64,000 nucleotides of DNA from an uncultured Eubacteriales bacterium (GTDB lineage: Bacteria > Bacillota > Clostridia > HGM11514): the NCBI GenBank assembly GCA_902492655.1, contig CABUMF010000005.1:13478-77477 (forward strand), in the 5' to 3' direction. Made by a program: the position numbers and the translations under genes. Below, piece by piece: positions 1-10,478 of the stretch (the first letter of the stretch is position 1; each line of letters opens with the position of its first letter). Below the pieces are notes generated by a model that saw only the letters and a list, made by a program, of their open reading frames with translations, made no database searches and had not been told where the DNA came from.

Positions 1-214
1 TCAAGGTATCGCCCTCACGCAGAACCCCACAGCCTATAAACTTAAGTATCTCAACTGCGGCGTCAACATCCGAAAGGTTCGGGCAGTTGTGAATAACGCA
101 CTCTCCCCGATTAAGTACCGATGCCGCCAATATGGGAAGGACAGCATTTTTGGAGCCTTGTATGAAAACGCTTCCGTCAAGCCTTCTGCCACCGCAAATT
201 TTAATCAAACTCAT
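1..214 (-). CDS. murA: UDP-N-acetylglucosamine 1-carboxyvinyltransferase MurA, partial (N-terminal 71 codons; gene runs off left edge)
   Basis: Minus-strand translation from ATG at 214 gives MSLIKICGGRRLDGSVFIQGSKNAVLPILAASVLNRGECVIHNCPNLSDVDAAVEILKFIGCG, a typical MurA N-terminus. A GGAGGTG RBS lies 7 nt upstream. The gene sits downstream of murG as expected in dcw clusters. Confidence 0.75.
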   Translation of the reverse strand, partial: MSLIKICGGRRLDGSVFIQGSKNAVLPILAASVLNRGECVIHNCPNLSDVDAAVEILKFIGCGVLREGDTL

Positions 215-259
215 AAAAGCACCTCCGCACATCATATTATGCGGAAAATACTTTTTATG

Positions 260-1348
260 TTAAAGGGTATTCATAACCGTATTGTAAATAATTTCCGTTG
301 CGTTTGTTATGCCCGCCTTTTTTGAATTTTCAGCCATGATTTTTATTTCATCGGGCTTTTCGATAAGAGAATTTACCGCATCCGAAAGTGAGTCCCCCGA
401 AAGTTCGCTTTCGGGAAGAACCAACGCCGCACCGACCTTTTCCAAAGAGCGTGCATTGAATTCCTGGTGATTGTGTGCAACATTCGGAGAAGGAATAAGA
501 ATAGCGGATTTGCCGACAGCGGAAAGCTCGCTTACAGTCATTGCGCCCGAACGGGAAATAACAATATCCGCCGCCGCCATACATTCTCCCATGTTATATA
601 TATAAGGAACAATACGCAAATTCGGAAATTCCGCAACCGTACCGAGTTTTTCGGAAACCCTTTCAAATTCTCTTTTACCGGTTGCCAGCATGAGCTGATA
701 TTTACCCTGCGATGCGGTTTTTGCCAAAAAATCGCACACCGCATCATTTATTTTCATTGCACCGAGACTTCCTCCGTAAGCCAAAATCAAAGGACGCTCG
801 TCAAAACCGAGATTTTTTCGTGCGTCATCACGGTTGAATTTCAGAATATCACCGAAAATAGGATTTCCGCTGAGTACGAGATTCTTTTTATCAAGATACT
901 TGTCTGTTTCGGAAAAGCTTGTGAAAACGATGTCCGAAAACCTTGCAAGGATTTTAACCGTAACTCCCGGGATAACATTCTGCTCATGAACAAAGGTCTT
1001 TATACCAAGCCTCGAAGCGGCATACACAACAGGACCGCACACATAGCCGCCCGTTCCGATAACAGCGTCCGGCTTAAACTCCTTCAGTATCTTTTTAGAC
1101 TGGGAATATCCCTTGAACATTTTCTGAACCGTTTTGAAGGTGTCCGCACAAAGCTTTCTTTTAAAGCCCGAAACCTCGATAAATTTAATGTCAAACCCGG
1201 CCTTGGGGATAAGCTCCCCCTCAAGCCCGTGGGTTGTTCCCACGAACAGGATTTCGCAATCGGGCTGCATTTCACGAAAATACTTGGCTATTGCAATTCC
1301 GGGGTTAATGTGACCGCCGGTTCCACCGCCGGAAATCAGAATTTTCAT
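260..1348 (-). CDS. murG: UDP-N-acetylglucosamine--N-acetylmuramyl-(pentapeptide) pyrophosphoryl-undecaprenol N-acetylglucosamine transferase MurG
   Basis: 362 aa ORF with N-terminal MKILISGGGTGGHINP motif (GT28) and dcw cluster context. Confidence 0.93.
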   Translation of the reverse strand: MKILISGGGTGGHINPGIAIAKYFREMQPDCEILFVGTTHGLEGELIPKAGFDIKFIEVSGFKRKLCADTFKTVQKMFKGYSQSKKILKEFKPDAVIGTGGYVCGPVVYAASRLGIKTFVHEQNVIPGVTVKILARFSDIVFTSFSETDKYLDKKNLVLSGNPIFGDILKFNRDDARKNLGFDERPLILAYGGSLGAMKINDAVCDFLAKTASQGKYQLMLATGKREFERVSEKLGTVAEFPNLRIVPYIYNMGECMAAADIVISRSGAMTVSELSAVGKSAILIPSPNVAHNHQEFNARSLEKVGAALVLPESELSGDSLSDAVNSLIEKPDEIKIMAENSKKAGITNATEIIYNTVMNTL

Positions 1349-1363
1349 CAGATAAAAGCTCCT

Positions 1364-2488
1364 TTATAATTTCTTACACTGTCTTGAAACATTAAGCAGA
1401 ATACCAATACCGGCAAGCAAGAACACCATTGAAGAACCGCCTGCGGAGAAAAGAGGAAGCTGCATACCCGTAACAGGCATTGACGATGTGACAACCGCAA
1501 TGTTAACGATAACCTGGAGTGCCACCAACATGGTAACACCGAATGCAAGGTATCGACCGAAGCTGTCGGGCGCACGCAGTGCAATGTTGATTCCTCTGTA
1601 AATAAATATCACAAACAGTATTATAACCGACAGCGCACCTATAAATCCAAGTTCCTCGCACACTATGGAGAAAATAAAGTCGTTCTGAGGTTCGGGTATG
1701 TAAAGATACTTCTGACGGCTCCTTCCGAGGCCGAGCCCGAAAAGCCCTCCCGAGCCTATGGCGTAGAGGGACTGAACAATCTGCCAGCCGTCGCCCATTT
1801 TATCCTGAAATGGGTCAAGGAAGGTCGTAAGTCTTTTCATACGGTACGGAGTAAACACTGTAGCGATAAAAGCGAGCAGACCTGCGCCTATTCCGCCGCC
1901 GATAAACCATTTCATGGGAAGCCCTGCGATAAACATAAGCAAAATGCAAACAGCCGCAATGACCGTCGTACCCGAAAGGTGATTTTCAAGTAAAACAAGG
2001 AGGCAAATTATGCCGATGTTTATAACATATATACCCGCTTCCTTGAGCGATTTTTTGATTTTCCCCCTGTCAAGCGAGAGCTTGAAGGATATAAAAACAA
2101 TCATGGTGATTTTTGCAAGCTCCGAGGGCTGAAAAGAAATCGGGCCTATACCGAGCCATCTTTTTGCGCCCTTGGATTCCGTTCCAACAACCAGAACCGC
2201 AAGCAAAATGACAATAGTGCCGACAAACATGATATTGGCGAATTTTCCGAGCTTATGGTAATCAAAGCGTGACAGAAACCACATTACAAGCAAGCCGCCG
2301 GCGGCCATAATGCCTTGATTTTTCAAATAATAATAGCTGTCGCCCATTGTATCTGCGGCACTTGCCGAGCTCGCCGAAAAAACCATAACCAAGCCAAAAA
2401 GCAAAATTATGATTATATCGGCAAGAAGGTAATAATCCACATCGCCCACAGCGCCGGGAGTTTTCATTTTTTTGAACTTAGACGGCAA
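1364..2488 (-). CDS. ftsW: SEDS family cell division/sporulation protein FtsW/SpoVE
   Basis: 374 aa polytopic membrane protein with FtsW/RodA/SpoVE motifs (GSGGLFGLGLG..YIPEPQNDFIFS), located between mraY and murG. Confidence 0.9.
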   Translation of the reverse strand: MPSKFKKMKTPGAVGDVDYYLLADIIIILLFGLVMVFSASSASAADTMGDSYYYLKNQGIMAAGGLLVMWFLSRFDYHKLGKFANIMFVGTIVILLAVLVVGTESKGAKRWLGIGPISFQPSELAKITMIVFISFKLSLDRGKIKKSLKEAGIYVINIGIICLLVLLENHLSGTTVIAAVCILLMFIAGLPMKWFIGGGIGAGLLAFIATVFTPYRMKRLTTFLDPFQDKMGDGWQIVQSLYAIGSGGLFGLGLGRSRQKYLYIPEPQNDFIFSIVCEELGFIGALSVIILFVIFIYRGINIALRAPDSFGRYLAFGVTMLVALQVIVNIAVVTSSMPVTGMQLPLFSAGGSSMVFLLAGIGILLNVSRQCKKL

Positions 2489-2500
2489 AATGCCTCACCC

Positions 2501-3445
2501 CTATAATCCAAAGTACGCAACAACGCACATAATAAGTGTAACGGTAACAAAAACAATGTCTATTTTATTTTCCTTCCAACCGCACATTTCAAAGTGATGA
2601 TGAATGGGACTCATTCTGAAAAGGCGTTTGCCTGTCTTTTTGAAGTAAGCAACCTGCAGAATGACCGAAAGCGTTTCGCAAAAGAAAACAAGACCGCATA
2701 TAATAAGGATAATCGGCTGACCTAATGCAAGGGCGACAGAGCTTATAATGCCGCCCAAAAACAGAGAGCCGGTATCACCCATGAAAACCCTAGCGGGGTT
2801 TTTGTTGAAAAGAAAGAAGGCGAAAACCGCGCCAACAACCGTAAAGCACAAAACAGAAAGACCGCTTTGTGAATAAACCGTTGCGGCAATACCCAAAAAG
2901 CAAAGCACGACAATGCTGACAGAAGAAGCCAGCCCGTCAATGCCGTCGGTAAGATTTACGCTGTTGACGCACCCCAGCATAACGAATGCCGCAAAGGGAT
3001 AATAAAAATAATATAAGTCCACATTGCCGCCGAAGGGAATTAAAATCTTAGTTTCACCGCCGAGATAGAACGCCGATGCTGCAATAAAGAACACCGTAAC
3101 GGCAATCTGAAGCAAAAACTTCTGCTTTGAAGTAAGCCCCAGATTTCTTTTTTTGACCACCTTTATATAATCGTCAATAAATCCTACCGCACAAAAGCCC
3201 ACAGCCGAAAGAAGGCAAATTATGCTCCTTGCGTCACGAAGGAGAAAGCAGGATAAAACGATAATCGGGATAATGAAAATAAATCCGCCCATCGTCGGAG
3301 TTCCGCTTTTTTTCTTGTGCCAGCTCGGGCCGATTTCCCTTATGCTCTGACCGAATTTAATGCTTATAAGATATTTTATTGCAAACGGAGCAATGGCAAC
3401 GGCAAAAACAAAAGCCGCAAGCAGACCTGCCACAGAAAGCTTCAT
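2501..3445 (-). CDS. mraY: phospho-N-acetylmuramoyl-pentapeptide transferase MraY
   Basis: 314 aa membrane protein with MraY signature regions (GLxDD, DTGSLxLG) in dcw context. Confidence 0.93.
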   Translation of the reverse strand: MKLSVAGLLAAFVFAVAIAPFAIKYLISIKFGQSIREIGPSWHKKKSGTPTMGGFIFIIPIIVLSCFLLRDARSIICLLSAVGFCAVGFIDDYIKVVKKRNLGLTSKQKFLLQIAVTVFFIAASAFYLGGETKILIPFGGNVDLYYFYYPFAAFVMLGCVNSVNLTDGIDGLASSVSIVVLCFLGIAATVYSQSGLSVLCFTVVGAVFAFFLFNKNPARVFMGDTGSLFLGGIISSVALALGQPIILIICGLVFFCETLSVILQVAYFKKTGKRLFRMSPIHHHFEMCGWKENKIDIVFVTVTLIMCVVAYFGL

Positions 3446-4773
3446 TTAAAATTCACCTCAATAAATTCACTGATTTCCGAAAGCTTCATACCGTTGGAGC
3501 CTTTAACAAGCACGCAGTCCCCCGGCTTTAAGTAATTTTTAAGAAATTCGCAGGCGTCTTGATTGCTGTCAAAGCTTTTTATAAGCCCTGCGCCTGCCGC
3601 ACCCTTGGCGATAAGCCTCCCCAAAGTGCCCACCGTAATGACCGCATCCGCAAACGAAGCCTCTTTCCCGACCGCAATGTGCGCATCATTTGAAAAATCG
3701 CCCATTTCAAGCATATCGGCAAGAACCGCAATCTTCCTTCCGTTCCCTGCCTTAAGCACCGACAGCGATGCACGCATGGAATCGGGGCTTGCGTTGTAGC
3801 AGTCCGATATAAGCTTGATTCCGCCAATATTTTTTATATCCATACGGTTTCCTACGCTTGAAGCCTTTGCAATTCCCGAAACGATTTTTTCGGGTTCAAC
3901 CCCAAAATGAAGCCCCACCGCAACAGCCGCCAAAGCGTTGTAGACATTGTGCTTCCCGGGAATATTTACACGGATTTTATAGCTTTCGCCGCCGATTTTT
4001 GTTTCAAAGAAGCATCCCGAGTCATCCTCCGAAACATTGAAGCCTCTTATATCGCAGTCTTCCCCGAGCCCGTATTTTATGCACGGAAGGGAAATTTTCG
4101 ATAAAAGCTCATCGTCACCGTTAACCGCCAAAACGCCTCCGGGCTTTAAGCCCTCTACTATTTCAAGTTTTGCCCGAAGGATATTTTCCTGTGACCCAAG
4201 CTTTCCTATATGCGACAGACCGATATTGCTTATAACCGCCATATCGGGGCTTGCAACATGCGTCATATTTGAAATTTCACCGAAGCCGCTCATGCCCATC
4301 TCAAAAACCGCAATCTCGTGATGTTTTTCCAATTTCAGTGCCATAAGGGGCATACCTATTTCGTTGTTGAAATTGCCGTCGGTTTTTAATGTGTCGAACT
4401 TTTCTGACAGAACCGAAGCTATTATTTCCTTTGTTGTTGTTTTGCCGACGCTTCCCGTAATTGCAACGGAGGGAATATCAAACAGCTCTCTGTAGCCCTT
4501 TGCAATATCAAGGAGCGCACGCTTCCCGTCGGAAACCTTGATATAAGGCTTTGAAAACGAATAATCCGCCTCTCCGACCGCCGCCGAAGCTCCGCCCGAA
4601 AGTGCGGCACCTATAAAATCGTTTCCGTCAAAGCGTTCACCCTTAAGAGCTATATAAAGAGAACCGGATTTTACATTTCTGCTGTCCTTTGTAACCGAAT
4701 CTATTGCGACATCCTCGCCAAAAGAAGTGCCGCCGCAAAACCTTGCTATATCCTTTAACCGAAGCTTAATCAA
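3442..4773 (-). CDS. murF: UDP-N-acetylmuramoyl-tripeptide--D-alanyl-D-alanine ligase MurF
   Basis: 443 aa Mur ligase with ITGSVGKTTTKE P-loop, translationally coupled to murE and mraY. Confidence 0.92.
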   Translation of the reverse strand: MIKLRLKDIARFCGGTSFGEDVAIDSVTKDSRNVKSGSLYIALKGERFDGNDFIGAALSGGASAAVGEADYSFSKPYIKVSDGKRALLDIAKGYRELFDIPSVAITGSVGKTTTKEIIASVLSEKFDTLKTDGNFNNEIGMPLMALKLEKHHEIAVFEMGMSGFGEISNMTHVASPDMAVISNIGLSHIGKLGSQENILRAKLEIVEGLKPGGVLAVNGDDELLSKISLPCIKYGLGEDCDIRGFNVSEDDSGCFFETKIGGESYKIRVNIPGKHNVYNALAAVAVGLHFGVEPEKIVSGIAKASSVGNRMDIKNIGGIKLISDCYNASPDSMRASLSVLKAGNGRKIAVLADMLEMGDFSNDAHIAVGKEASFADAVITVGTLGRLIAKGAAGAGLIKSFDSNQDACEFLKNYLKPGDCVLVKGSNGMKLSEISEFIEVNFK

Positions 4774-6209
4774 AGCTGTTCATCCTCCAATATTTCACGC
4801 ACAACCTCACGCTCATCAAAATGGATTTTACCTTCCGCCAGAATCTGATATGTTTCGTGTCCTTTTCCGGCAAGTAGGATAACATCGTCCTTTTGTGCGT
4901 TTTTAAGAGCGTATCTTATAGCCTCCTTGCGGTTTTCTATAACCGTATATTTTCCGCCGGCTTCCTCAACGCCCGGGATAATCTCATTAATAATCTCAGT
5001 AGGATTTTCCGTTCTCGGATTATCCGATGTAACAATGCAAAAATCGGCAAGCTTTCCTGCAATTTTGCCCATTTTCGGTCTTTTGGTTTTGTCGCGGTCA
5101 CCGCCGCAGCCGAACAAAATAACAATTCTGCCCTTTGCAAAGCCTCTTATACTGCTTAGTATGTTTTCTATACCGTCGGGTGTGTGGGCGTAATCAATCA
5201 TAACGGTGTAATCACGGTTTACGGGAACAATCTCCGCTCTTCCGCAAACTCCGTTCAAATCGCCAAGTCCCTTTTTTATAACATCTGCAGAAACGCCGAG
5301 AGCGGTGCAAATCCCCACCGCCGCCAAAGCATTGTAAACAGAAAATCTTCCCGGGGTATTTATGTGCATATGAGAAACCGCACCGAGGGAGTCGCAGTCA
5401 AAATCAACACCGTCAGCACCGAATTCAATATTGCTTGCCTTTATATCCGTTGCCGAATCTATTCCGTAGGAAACGCTTACGCATGAGCAATCCGCAAGAA
5501 TTTGTCTGCCGCCCTCGTCATCTGCGTTTATGATACCCGTTTTGCACATATCGAAAAGCTTTTTCTTGGCTGCAAGATAATTTTCCATCGTTTCGTGAAA
5601 ATCGAGATGATCCTGCGTGAGATTTGTAAACGCACCCACATCAAATTCGCAAAACTCAACACGGGAAAGGCAAAGGGAGTGAGAAGAAACCTCCATAACC
5701 ACGCAGTCCACCGCCTCCTCCGCCATTTGAGCGAAAAGCTGTGTAAGCTCAAGGGATTCGGGAGTGGTTCTTTCTGTTGGAATATCCACATCGCCTATCA
5801 TGTTCTTATTTGTGCCAATAAGTCCGACCTTAAGCCCGGCGTCCTCAAGGATTTTTTTAACGAGGAAGGTTGTGGTGGTTTTTCCGTTGGTTCCCGTCAC
5901 GCCGATAAGCTTAAACTTTCCCGAAGGGTGATCGTAAAACCTGTCTGCAATAAACGAAAGAGCGTGCCGCGAATTACCCACAACGGCAGTGGGGACGGAA
6001 AGCCCCAAATCACGCTCCGCAATAATCGCCGAAGCTCCGCCCGAAACAGCCGCGTTTGCGTAGATATGTCCGTCTGCGGCAAATCCGGTGATGCAAACAA
6101 ACACATCGCCTTTTTTTATTTTCCTCGAATCGTAGCAAATGCCGGAAATTTCGACATCGTCAAATTCAGATTTTACATCATAACCGTAAAGCAATTCTTT
6201 CAGTTTCAT
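4770..6209 (-). CDS. murE: UDP-N-acetylmuramoyl-L-alanyl-D-glutamate--2,6-diaminopimelate ligase MurE
   Basis: Mur ligase with GVTGTNGKTTT P-loop and DNPR motif. Start assigned to the ATG (MKLKELL) with a GGAG RBS, because the upstream in-frame codon is TTG. Confidence 0.92.
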   Translation of the reverse strand: MKLKELLYGYDVKSEFDDVEISGICYDSRKIKKGDVFVCITGFAADGHIYANAAVSGGASAIIAERDLGLSVPTAVVGNSRHALSFIADRFYDHPSGKFKLIGVTGTNGKTTTTFLVKKILEDAGLKVGLIGTNKNMIGDVDIPTERTTPESLELTQLFAQMAEEAVDCVVMEVSSHSLCLSRVEFCEFDVGAFTNLTQDHLDFHETMENYLAAKKKLFDMCKTGIINADDEGGRQILADCSCVSVSYGIDSATDIKASNIEFGADGVDFDCDSLGAVSHMHINTPGRFSVYNALAAVGICTALGVSADVIKKGLGDLNGVCGRAEIVPVNRDYTVMIDYAHTPDGIENILSSIRGFAKGRIVILFGCGGDRDKTKRPKMGKIAGKLADFCIVTSDNPRTENPTEIINEIIPGVEEAGGKYTVIENRKEAIRYALKNAQKDDVILLAGKGHETYQILAEGKIHFDEREVVREILEDEQL

Positions 6210-6271
6210 AATAATCTCCAATCCACGGAAGGCAATGTGTGAAAAGCGCCTTCACACTGACACCTGCGTTT

Positions 6272-8452
6272 TTAATCAGCCGATTCCTGAATAAAGTTTA
6301 CCGTAACCATAGTTCCAACCTCAACCTCAGCGCCGGCTTCGGGGCTTTGGGAAGTTGCGGTAACGCTGTCTTTAAGATTCGGCGCAATGTCGCTGAAGCT
6401 GTAGTTCAGACCGCTCATGTTAAGATTGTACTGTGCCTGAGCGGGAGTAAGCCCCAGAACATCGGGAACCGTTATTTTCTGTTTTGAGCTTCCCGAGGTG
6501 TAAAGAATGATTGTGGAGCCGTCCGCCACCATTGAGTTTGCGGAAGGAACTTGCTGTTCAACCTTTTCCCCGTCGCCGATAACCAAGAAGTCAAAGCCTG
6601 CGTCAACGGCGGTATTCTTAGCGTTTTCAAGGGAAAGTCCCACAACCGAAGGAACATTAACATTGTCGGAAATGCTTTCGTTTGCGCTGTACTGGGGTTC
6701 AACGCCCAGATACTGGAGAGTATCGTCAATAATTTCCCTTGCAACGGGAGCCGCAATGGCATTACCGTAATAAGAATAGCTGTCGGGGTCATCGAGCATA
6801 ACGATAACCGCAATCTGCGGATCATCCGAAGGTGCAATACCCACAAAGGACGCTATGTACTTACCGCTTCCTCGGGGAAGCTTTTCGGAAGTACCCGTCT
6901 TACCGCCGACTCTGTAGCCTGCGATATAACCGTTTGTTGCCGCGCCGACCTCAACCGCCTGCTTCATGATATTCCGCATTGTTTCAGCCGTTTCTGAGGA
7001 CATAACCTTCCTGACCTCAACCGGCTGCGTGGTGCTTATAACATTCCCGTCATTATCCGAAACCTTTTTTACAACATGAGGAGTGTAAAGCGTTCCCCCG
7101 TTTGCAATGGCGGATACGAATGTGATAAGCTGCAAGGGTGTAATCTGGATACCCTGACCGAACGAAGCCGTAGCAAGCTGAACTATATTAAAGCCTTCCT
7201 TGTTGTGATAAACACCGCTTGTTTCGCCCGGAAGCTCAATGCCGGTTTTATCCATGAAGCCGAAAAGCTTTGAGTATTCATAGAATTTTTCCGTACCTAT
7301 TCTCTGACCGATTTGTATAAAGCCGGGGTTACACGAGTTGTAAACCGTTTCAACGAAGGTTTCCGAGCCGTGACCGTTCCTGTTCCAGCAATGGATTTTT
7401 GCATCCGCAACCTGGTACATACCGGAGCAATAGAATTTATCGTCAAGCTTAACAACGCCTTCCTCAAGAGCCGCAGCGGCAGTTGAAAGCTTGAAGGTAG
7501 AGCCGGGCTCGTAGCTGTCGCTTACCGCCTTGTTACGCCACATTTTGAAAAGTGCCTCGCTTTGTTTTTCGTCCGAATCGCCGTCTTCCTCGCCCTTAAG
7601 CCATTCCTTCATTTCGTTTGTGAGGGTGAAGGGATTGTTAAGATCGTAATCGGGAACCGAGGACATAGCCAAAATATCTCCTGTGTTCGGGTCCATAACT
7701 ATAGCCGCCGCACCGCCTGCAAGATTATGCTCGGTATAGGCTTTTTTGAGATATTTTTCAACATAATGCTGAATAACCTCGTCAATTGTCAAGGTCACAT
7801 TATAGCCGTCCTTTGCCTCGACGAACTGCTCATATTTATAGGGAACCTCCGTACCGTTTGCGGAGCTTGCGGAAACAATTCGTCCGGGAATACCTTTAAG
7901 CTGTTCGTCATACTCCATTTCAATACCGTCAAGCCCCTGGTTGTCGCTCCCTGTAAAGCCGATAATCTGAGCGGCAAACGCACCATAGGGATAATACCTT
8001 TTTGAATCCTCCGTCACGCTTATTCCGGGAAGCTCCAGCTCTCTTACTTTGTTGCCGACTTCCTTGTCAATCTGTCTTTTAATCGAAACATATCTTGAGT
8101 TCACGGTAAGCTTTTCATAAACCTCCTCATACTCAAGTTCAAGGACTTCGGCAAGCTTTGATGCGATTTTTTCGACATTTTTGCTGTCCTTTACAACGAG
8201 TGGATCGGCAATAACCTGCTCAACAGACGCACTTACAGCCAAAGCTTTTCCGTTTCGGTCATAAATGGTTCCTCGTTTTGCGGAAATACTGCTGTCGGAG
8301 GTTTGCTGTTCTATAGCCATTTTCTGATATTCCTCGCCCTTGTAGAGCATACGGTAAACCAGCACAAGGCACAGCAGTCCCAGCAAAACAAAGCAAGCAT
8401 TCCTAAGGAAAACTATTCTTCTTTTACCGCTTATTTTAGCCTCAATTTCCAC
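6272..8452 (-). CDS. class B penicillin-binding protein (SpoVD/FtsI-like) with C-terminal PASTA domain
   Basis: 726 aa protein with an N-terminal TM anchor, a PBP dimerisation domain, a transpeptidase domain (SxxK: STFK; SxN; KTGT) and a C-terminal PASTA repeat. It sits between ftsL and murE. Confidence 0.92.
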   Translation of the reverse strand: MEIEAKISGKRRIVFLRNACFVLLGLLCLVLVYRMLYKGEEYQKMAIEQQTSDSSISAKRGTIYDRNGKALAVSASVEQVIADPLVVKDSKNVEKIASKLAEVLELEYEEVYEKLTVNSRYVSIKRQIDKEVGNKVRELELPGISVTEDSKRYYPYGAFAAQIIGFTGSDNQGLDGIEMEYDEQLKGIPGRIVSASSANGTEVPYKYEQFVEAKDGYNVTLTIDEVIQHYVEKYLKKAYTEHNLAGGAAAIVMDPNTGDILAMSSVPDYDLNNPFTLTNEMKEWLKGEEDGDSDEKQSEALFKMWRNKAVSDSYEPGSTFKLSTAAAALEEGVVKLDDKFYCSGMYQVADAKIHCWNRNGHGSETFVETVYNSCNPGFIQIGQRIGTEKFYEYSKLFGFMDKTGIELPGETSGVYHNKEGFNIVQLATASFGQGIQITPLQLITFVSAIANGGTLYTPHVVKKVSDNDGNVISTTQPVEVRKVMSSETAETMRNIMKQAVEVGAATNGYIAGYRVGGKTGTSEKLPRGSGKYIASFVGIAPSDDPQIAVIVMLDDPDSYSYYGNAIAAPVAREIIDDTLQYLGVEPQYSANESISDNVNVPSVVGLSLENAKNTAVDAGFDFLVIGDGEKVEQQVPSANSMVADGSTIILYTSGSSKQKITVPDVLGLTPAQAQYNLNMSGLNYSFSDIAPNLKDSVTATSQSPEAGAEVEVGTMVTVNFIQESAD

Positions 8453-8557
8453 TTAAATACCCTTTCCCGGCAGGGTTGCCGAATAACAAACAGAATAAAA
8501 CAAGTGAGAAATGCCCGCACTCCTCACTGTTTAACACCCAATAAAATATATTAAGAA

Positions 8558-9097
8558 TTAATACAAGTATTCCTGAATATTACCGAGAGTTTCAATCATG
8601 GTAGCGTAGAACTGCGAAGGAGCCTCGGCTTTTTTGTTATCATCGGAATCGCTGACTTCCACAAGGTCGTCACTTTTTATGTCAACCGAAATTTTCTGAC
8701 TCTTGCTGGGCTGACTCATACCAAGCTTTTCGGCAGCGGCTTCGATTGAATCGCTGTCGGTTTTGCTGTCTATTTCGCACTGAATGTTGATGTTGTCCTC
8801 TGTAAGGTCGGCATACTTTGCCTTAAGCCTGCTGATTTCATTGGTGTTATCCATAACGGAAATGTACCTGAACAAAATCGCAAACGCAACGCACGCAACC
8901 ACAACGGTTCTCGATATGTATTTTAATGTTCTTTTTCTTTTTACCTTAGCCTCGGGAGCAGTAACCAAATCCGAAAGCAAGGTCTTTTCCTTTCTTGCTC
9001 CCTTCTTTGATTTTGCCGATATTTTATTGTCAACGGGATTTTTGTCAAGCTCAATACGCTTAAAGGTTATGGGTTCGTATGAAAATTTTTCAGCCAT
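8558..9097 (-). CDS. FtsL-like cell division protein (single-pass membrane, coiled-coil)
   Basis: Position between rsmH and the PBP. It has a single TM segment (VVVACVAFAILFRYI) followed by a coiled-coil region. Start assigned to the ATG at 9097, preceded by an AACGGAGGAAAC RBS. Confidence 0.7.
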   Translation of the reverse strand: MAEKFSYEPITFKRIELDKNPVDNKISAKSKKGARKEKTLLSDLVTAPEAKVKRKRTLKYISRTVVVACVAFAILFRYISVMDNTNEISRLKAKYADLTEDNINIQCEIDSKTDSDSIEAAAEKLGMSQPSKSQKISVDIKSDDLVEVSDSDDNKKAEAPSQFYATMIETLGNIQEYLY

Positions 9098-9111
9098 ATC
9101 CGTTTCCTCCG

Positions 9112-10047
9112 TTAAATTTTCTCTATACAACGCAGTTTTGCGCATTTAGACCGTGGATTTTCCTCGGTTTCACACTCATCTGCAACAATGGCCTTTTTGT
9201 TGACAAGGCGGCCCTTTGCCTTGTTGCCGCACACGCACACCGGAAAGCTCGGAGGGCAGGTGCAGCCTGTTGTAAATTTCTTAAATTCGTTTTTAACTAT
9301 TCTGTCTTCCAACGAGTGGAAGGTAATAATTGCAAGCCTGCCGCCGGGCTTTAAGCGGTCAAAAAATGCATCAATCGCGCCCGGGAGCAGCTCAAGCTCG
9401 CCGTTAACCTCAATCCTTATTGCCTGAAAAGTTCTTTTTGCAGGATGCTTGTCCATGCTGAAGGCACGCTTACCGTAAGCCTTCTTTATAATTTCAACAA
9501 GCTCCCCCGTGGTTTCAATGGGTTTTTCGGAGCGTTTCTCCAAAATCAAATGAGCAATCTTTCTCGAAAGCTTTTCCTCGCCGTACCTAAAAATAAGGTT
9601 TGCAAGGTCATTTTCGGAATAATTGTTGACAACCTCGTACGCCGAAAGCTTGTCATCCCGATTCATCCTCATATCGAGAGGCGAATCAAACCTATAGGAA
9701 AATCCCCTCTCCGCCGTGTCAAGCTGATAGGACGAAACCCCTAAGTCGAGTATCGCACCGTCCAAAGCTTCAACACCGATGCTGTCGAGAATTTCCCCGA
9801 TATTTGCAAAATTATCGTGAACATAAGTAACATTATTATATGTAGAAAGTCTTTCCCTTGCGGATTTTATGGCACATTCGTCACGGTCAATGCCGATAAG
9901 ACTTCCGCCGTTGAGATTTTTAAGAATAAGCTCCGAGTGACCGCCGCCTCCCAGCGTCCCGTCAGCATAAATGCCGCAAGGCTTTATATCGAGAAGCTCA
10001 ATGCTTTTTTCAAGCAGAACCGAAATATGTTTGAACTCAGCCATCAT
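9112..10047 (-). CDS. rsmH: 16S rRNA (cytosine1402-N4)-methyltransferase RsmH (MraW)
   Basis: 311 aa protein with HISVLLEKS..DGTLGGGGHS SAM-binding signature, second gene of the mra operon. Confidence 0.93.
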   Translation of the reverse strand: MMAEFKHISVLLEKSIELLDIKPCGIYADGTLGGGGHSELILKNLNGGSLIGIDRDECAIKSARERLSTYNNVTYVHDNFANIGEILDSIGVEALDGAILDLGVSSYQLDTAERGFSYRFDSPLDMRMNRDDKLSAYEVVNNYSENDLANLIFRYGEEKLSRKIAHLILEKRSEKPIETTGELVEIIKKAYGKRAFSMDKHPAKRTFQAIRIEVNGELELLPGAIDAFFDRLKPGGRLAIITFHSLEDRIVKNEFKKFTTGCTCPPSFPVCVCGNKAKGRLVNKKAIVADECETEENPRSKCAKLRCIEKI

Positions 10048-10052
10048 TTCAC

Positions 10053-10478
10053 CTACATATTGAGAAGCTCAAGCTGCGAAGCAATCTCGTCGGGGTCTGC
10101 CGAAATGGATTCGTTGTAAGCCACCCATTTTTCCTTTGACCAAATCTCAACTCTCTTTGAAACGCCGACAATAACAACATCCTTTGTAATATCGGCGTAA
10201 TCTCTGAGTGTTTGGGAAAGAAGGATTCTGCCCTGTTTGTCGCAGGAGCATTCCATTGTGCCCGAAAAGAAAAACCTCATGGACGCTCTGCCGGTTGACA
10301 TAGGCAAAGAACAAAGCTTTTCTTCAAAGGCATTCCATTCTGTTGCGGGGAAAGCAAACAAACAGTTATCAAGACCGCGCGTCACATAGAAAACCTCCCC
10401 CAGCTCGCTTCTGAGCCTTTGAGGTATGGTAAGCCTGTTTTTTTCATCCAAGCTGTGTTCCGATTCACCTCTGAACAA
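10053..10478 (-). CDS. mraZ: transcriptional regulator MraZ
   Basis: Two MraZ/SpoVT-AbrB half-domains. The canonical N-terminus (MFRGESEHSLDEKNRLTIP) begins at an internal TTG at 10478 with a GGTGGTGA RBS. The track ORF begins further upstream at a GTG (10535). Confidence 0.85.
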   Translation of the reverse strand: MFRGESEHSLDEKNRLTIPQRLRSELGEVFYVTRGLDNCLFAFPATEWNAFEEKLCSLPMSTGRASMRFFFSGTMECSCDKQGRILLSQTLRDYADITKDVVIVGVSKRVEIWSKEKWVAYNESISADPDEIASQLELLNM

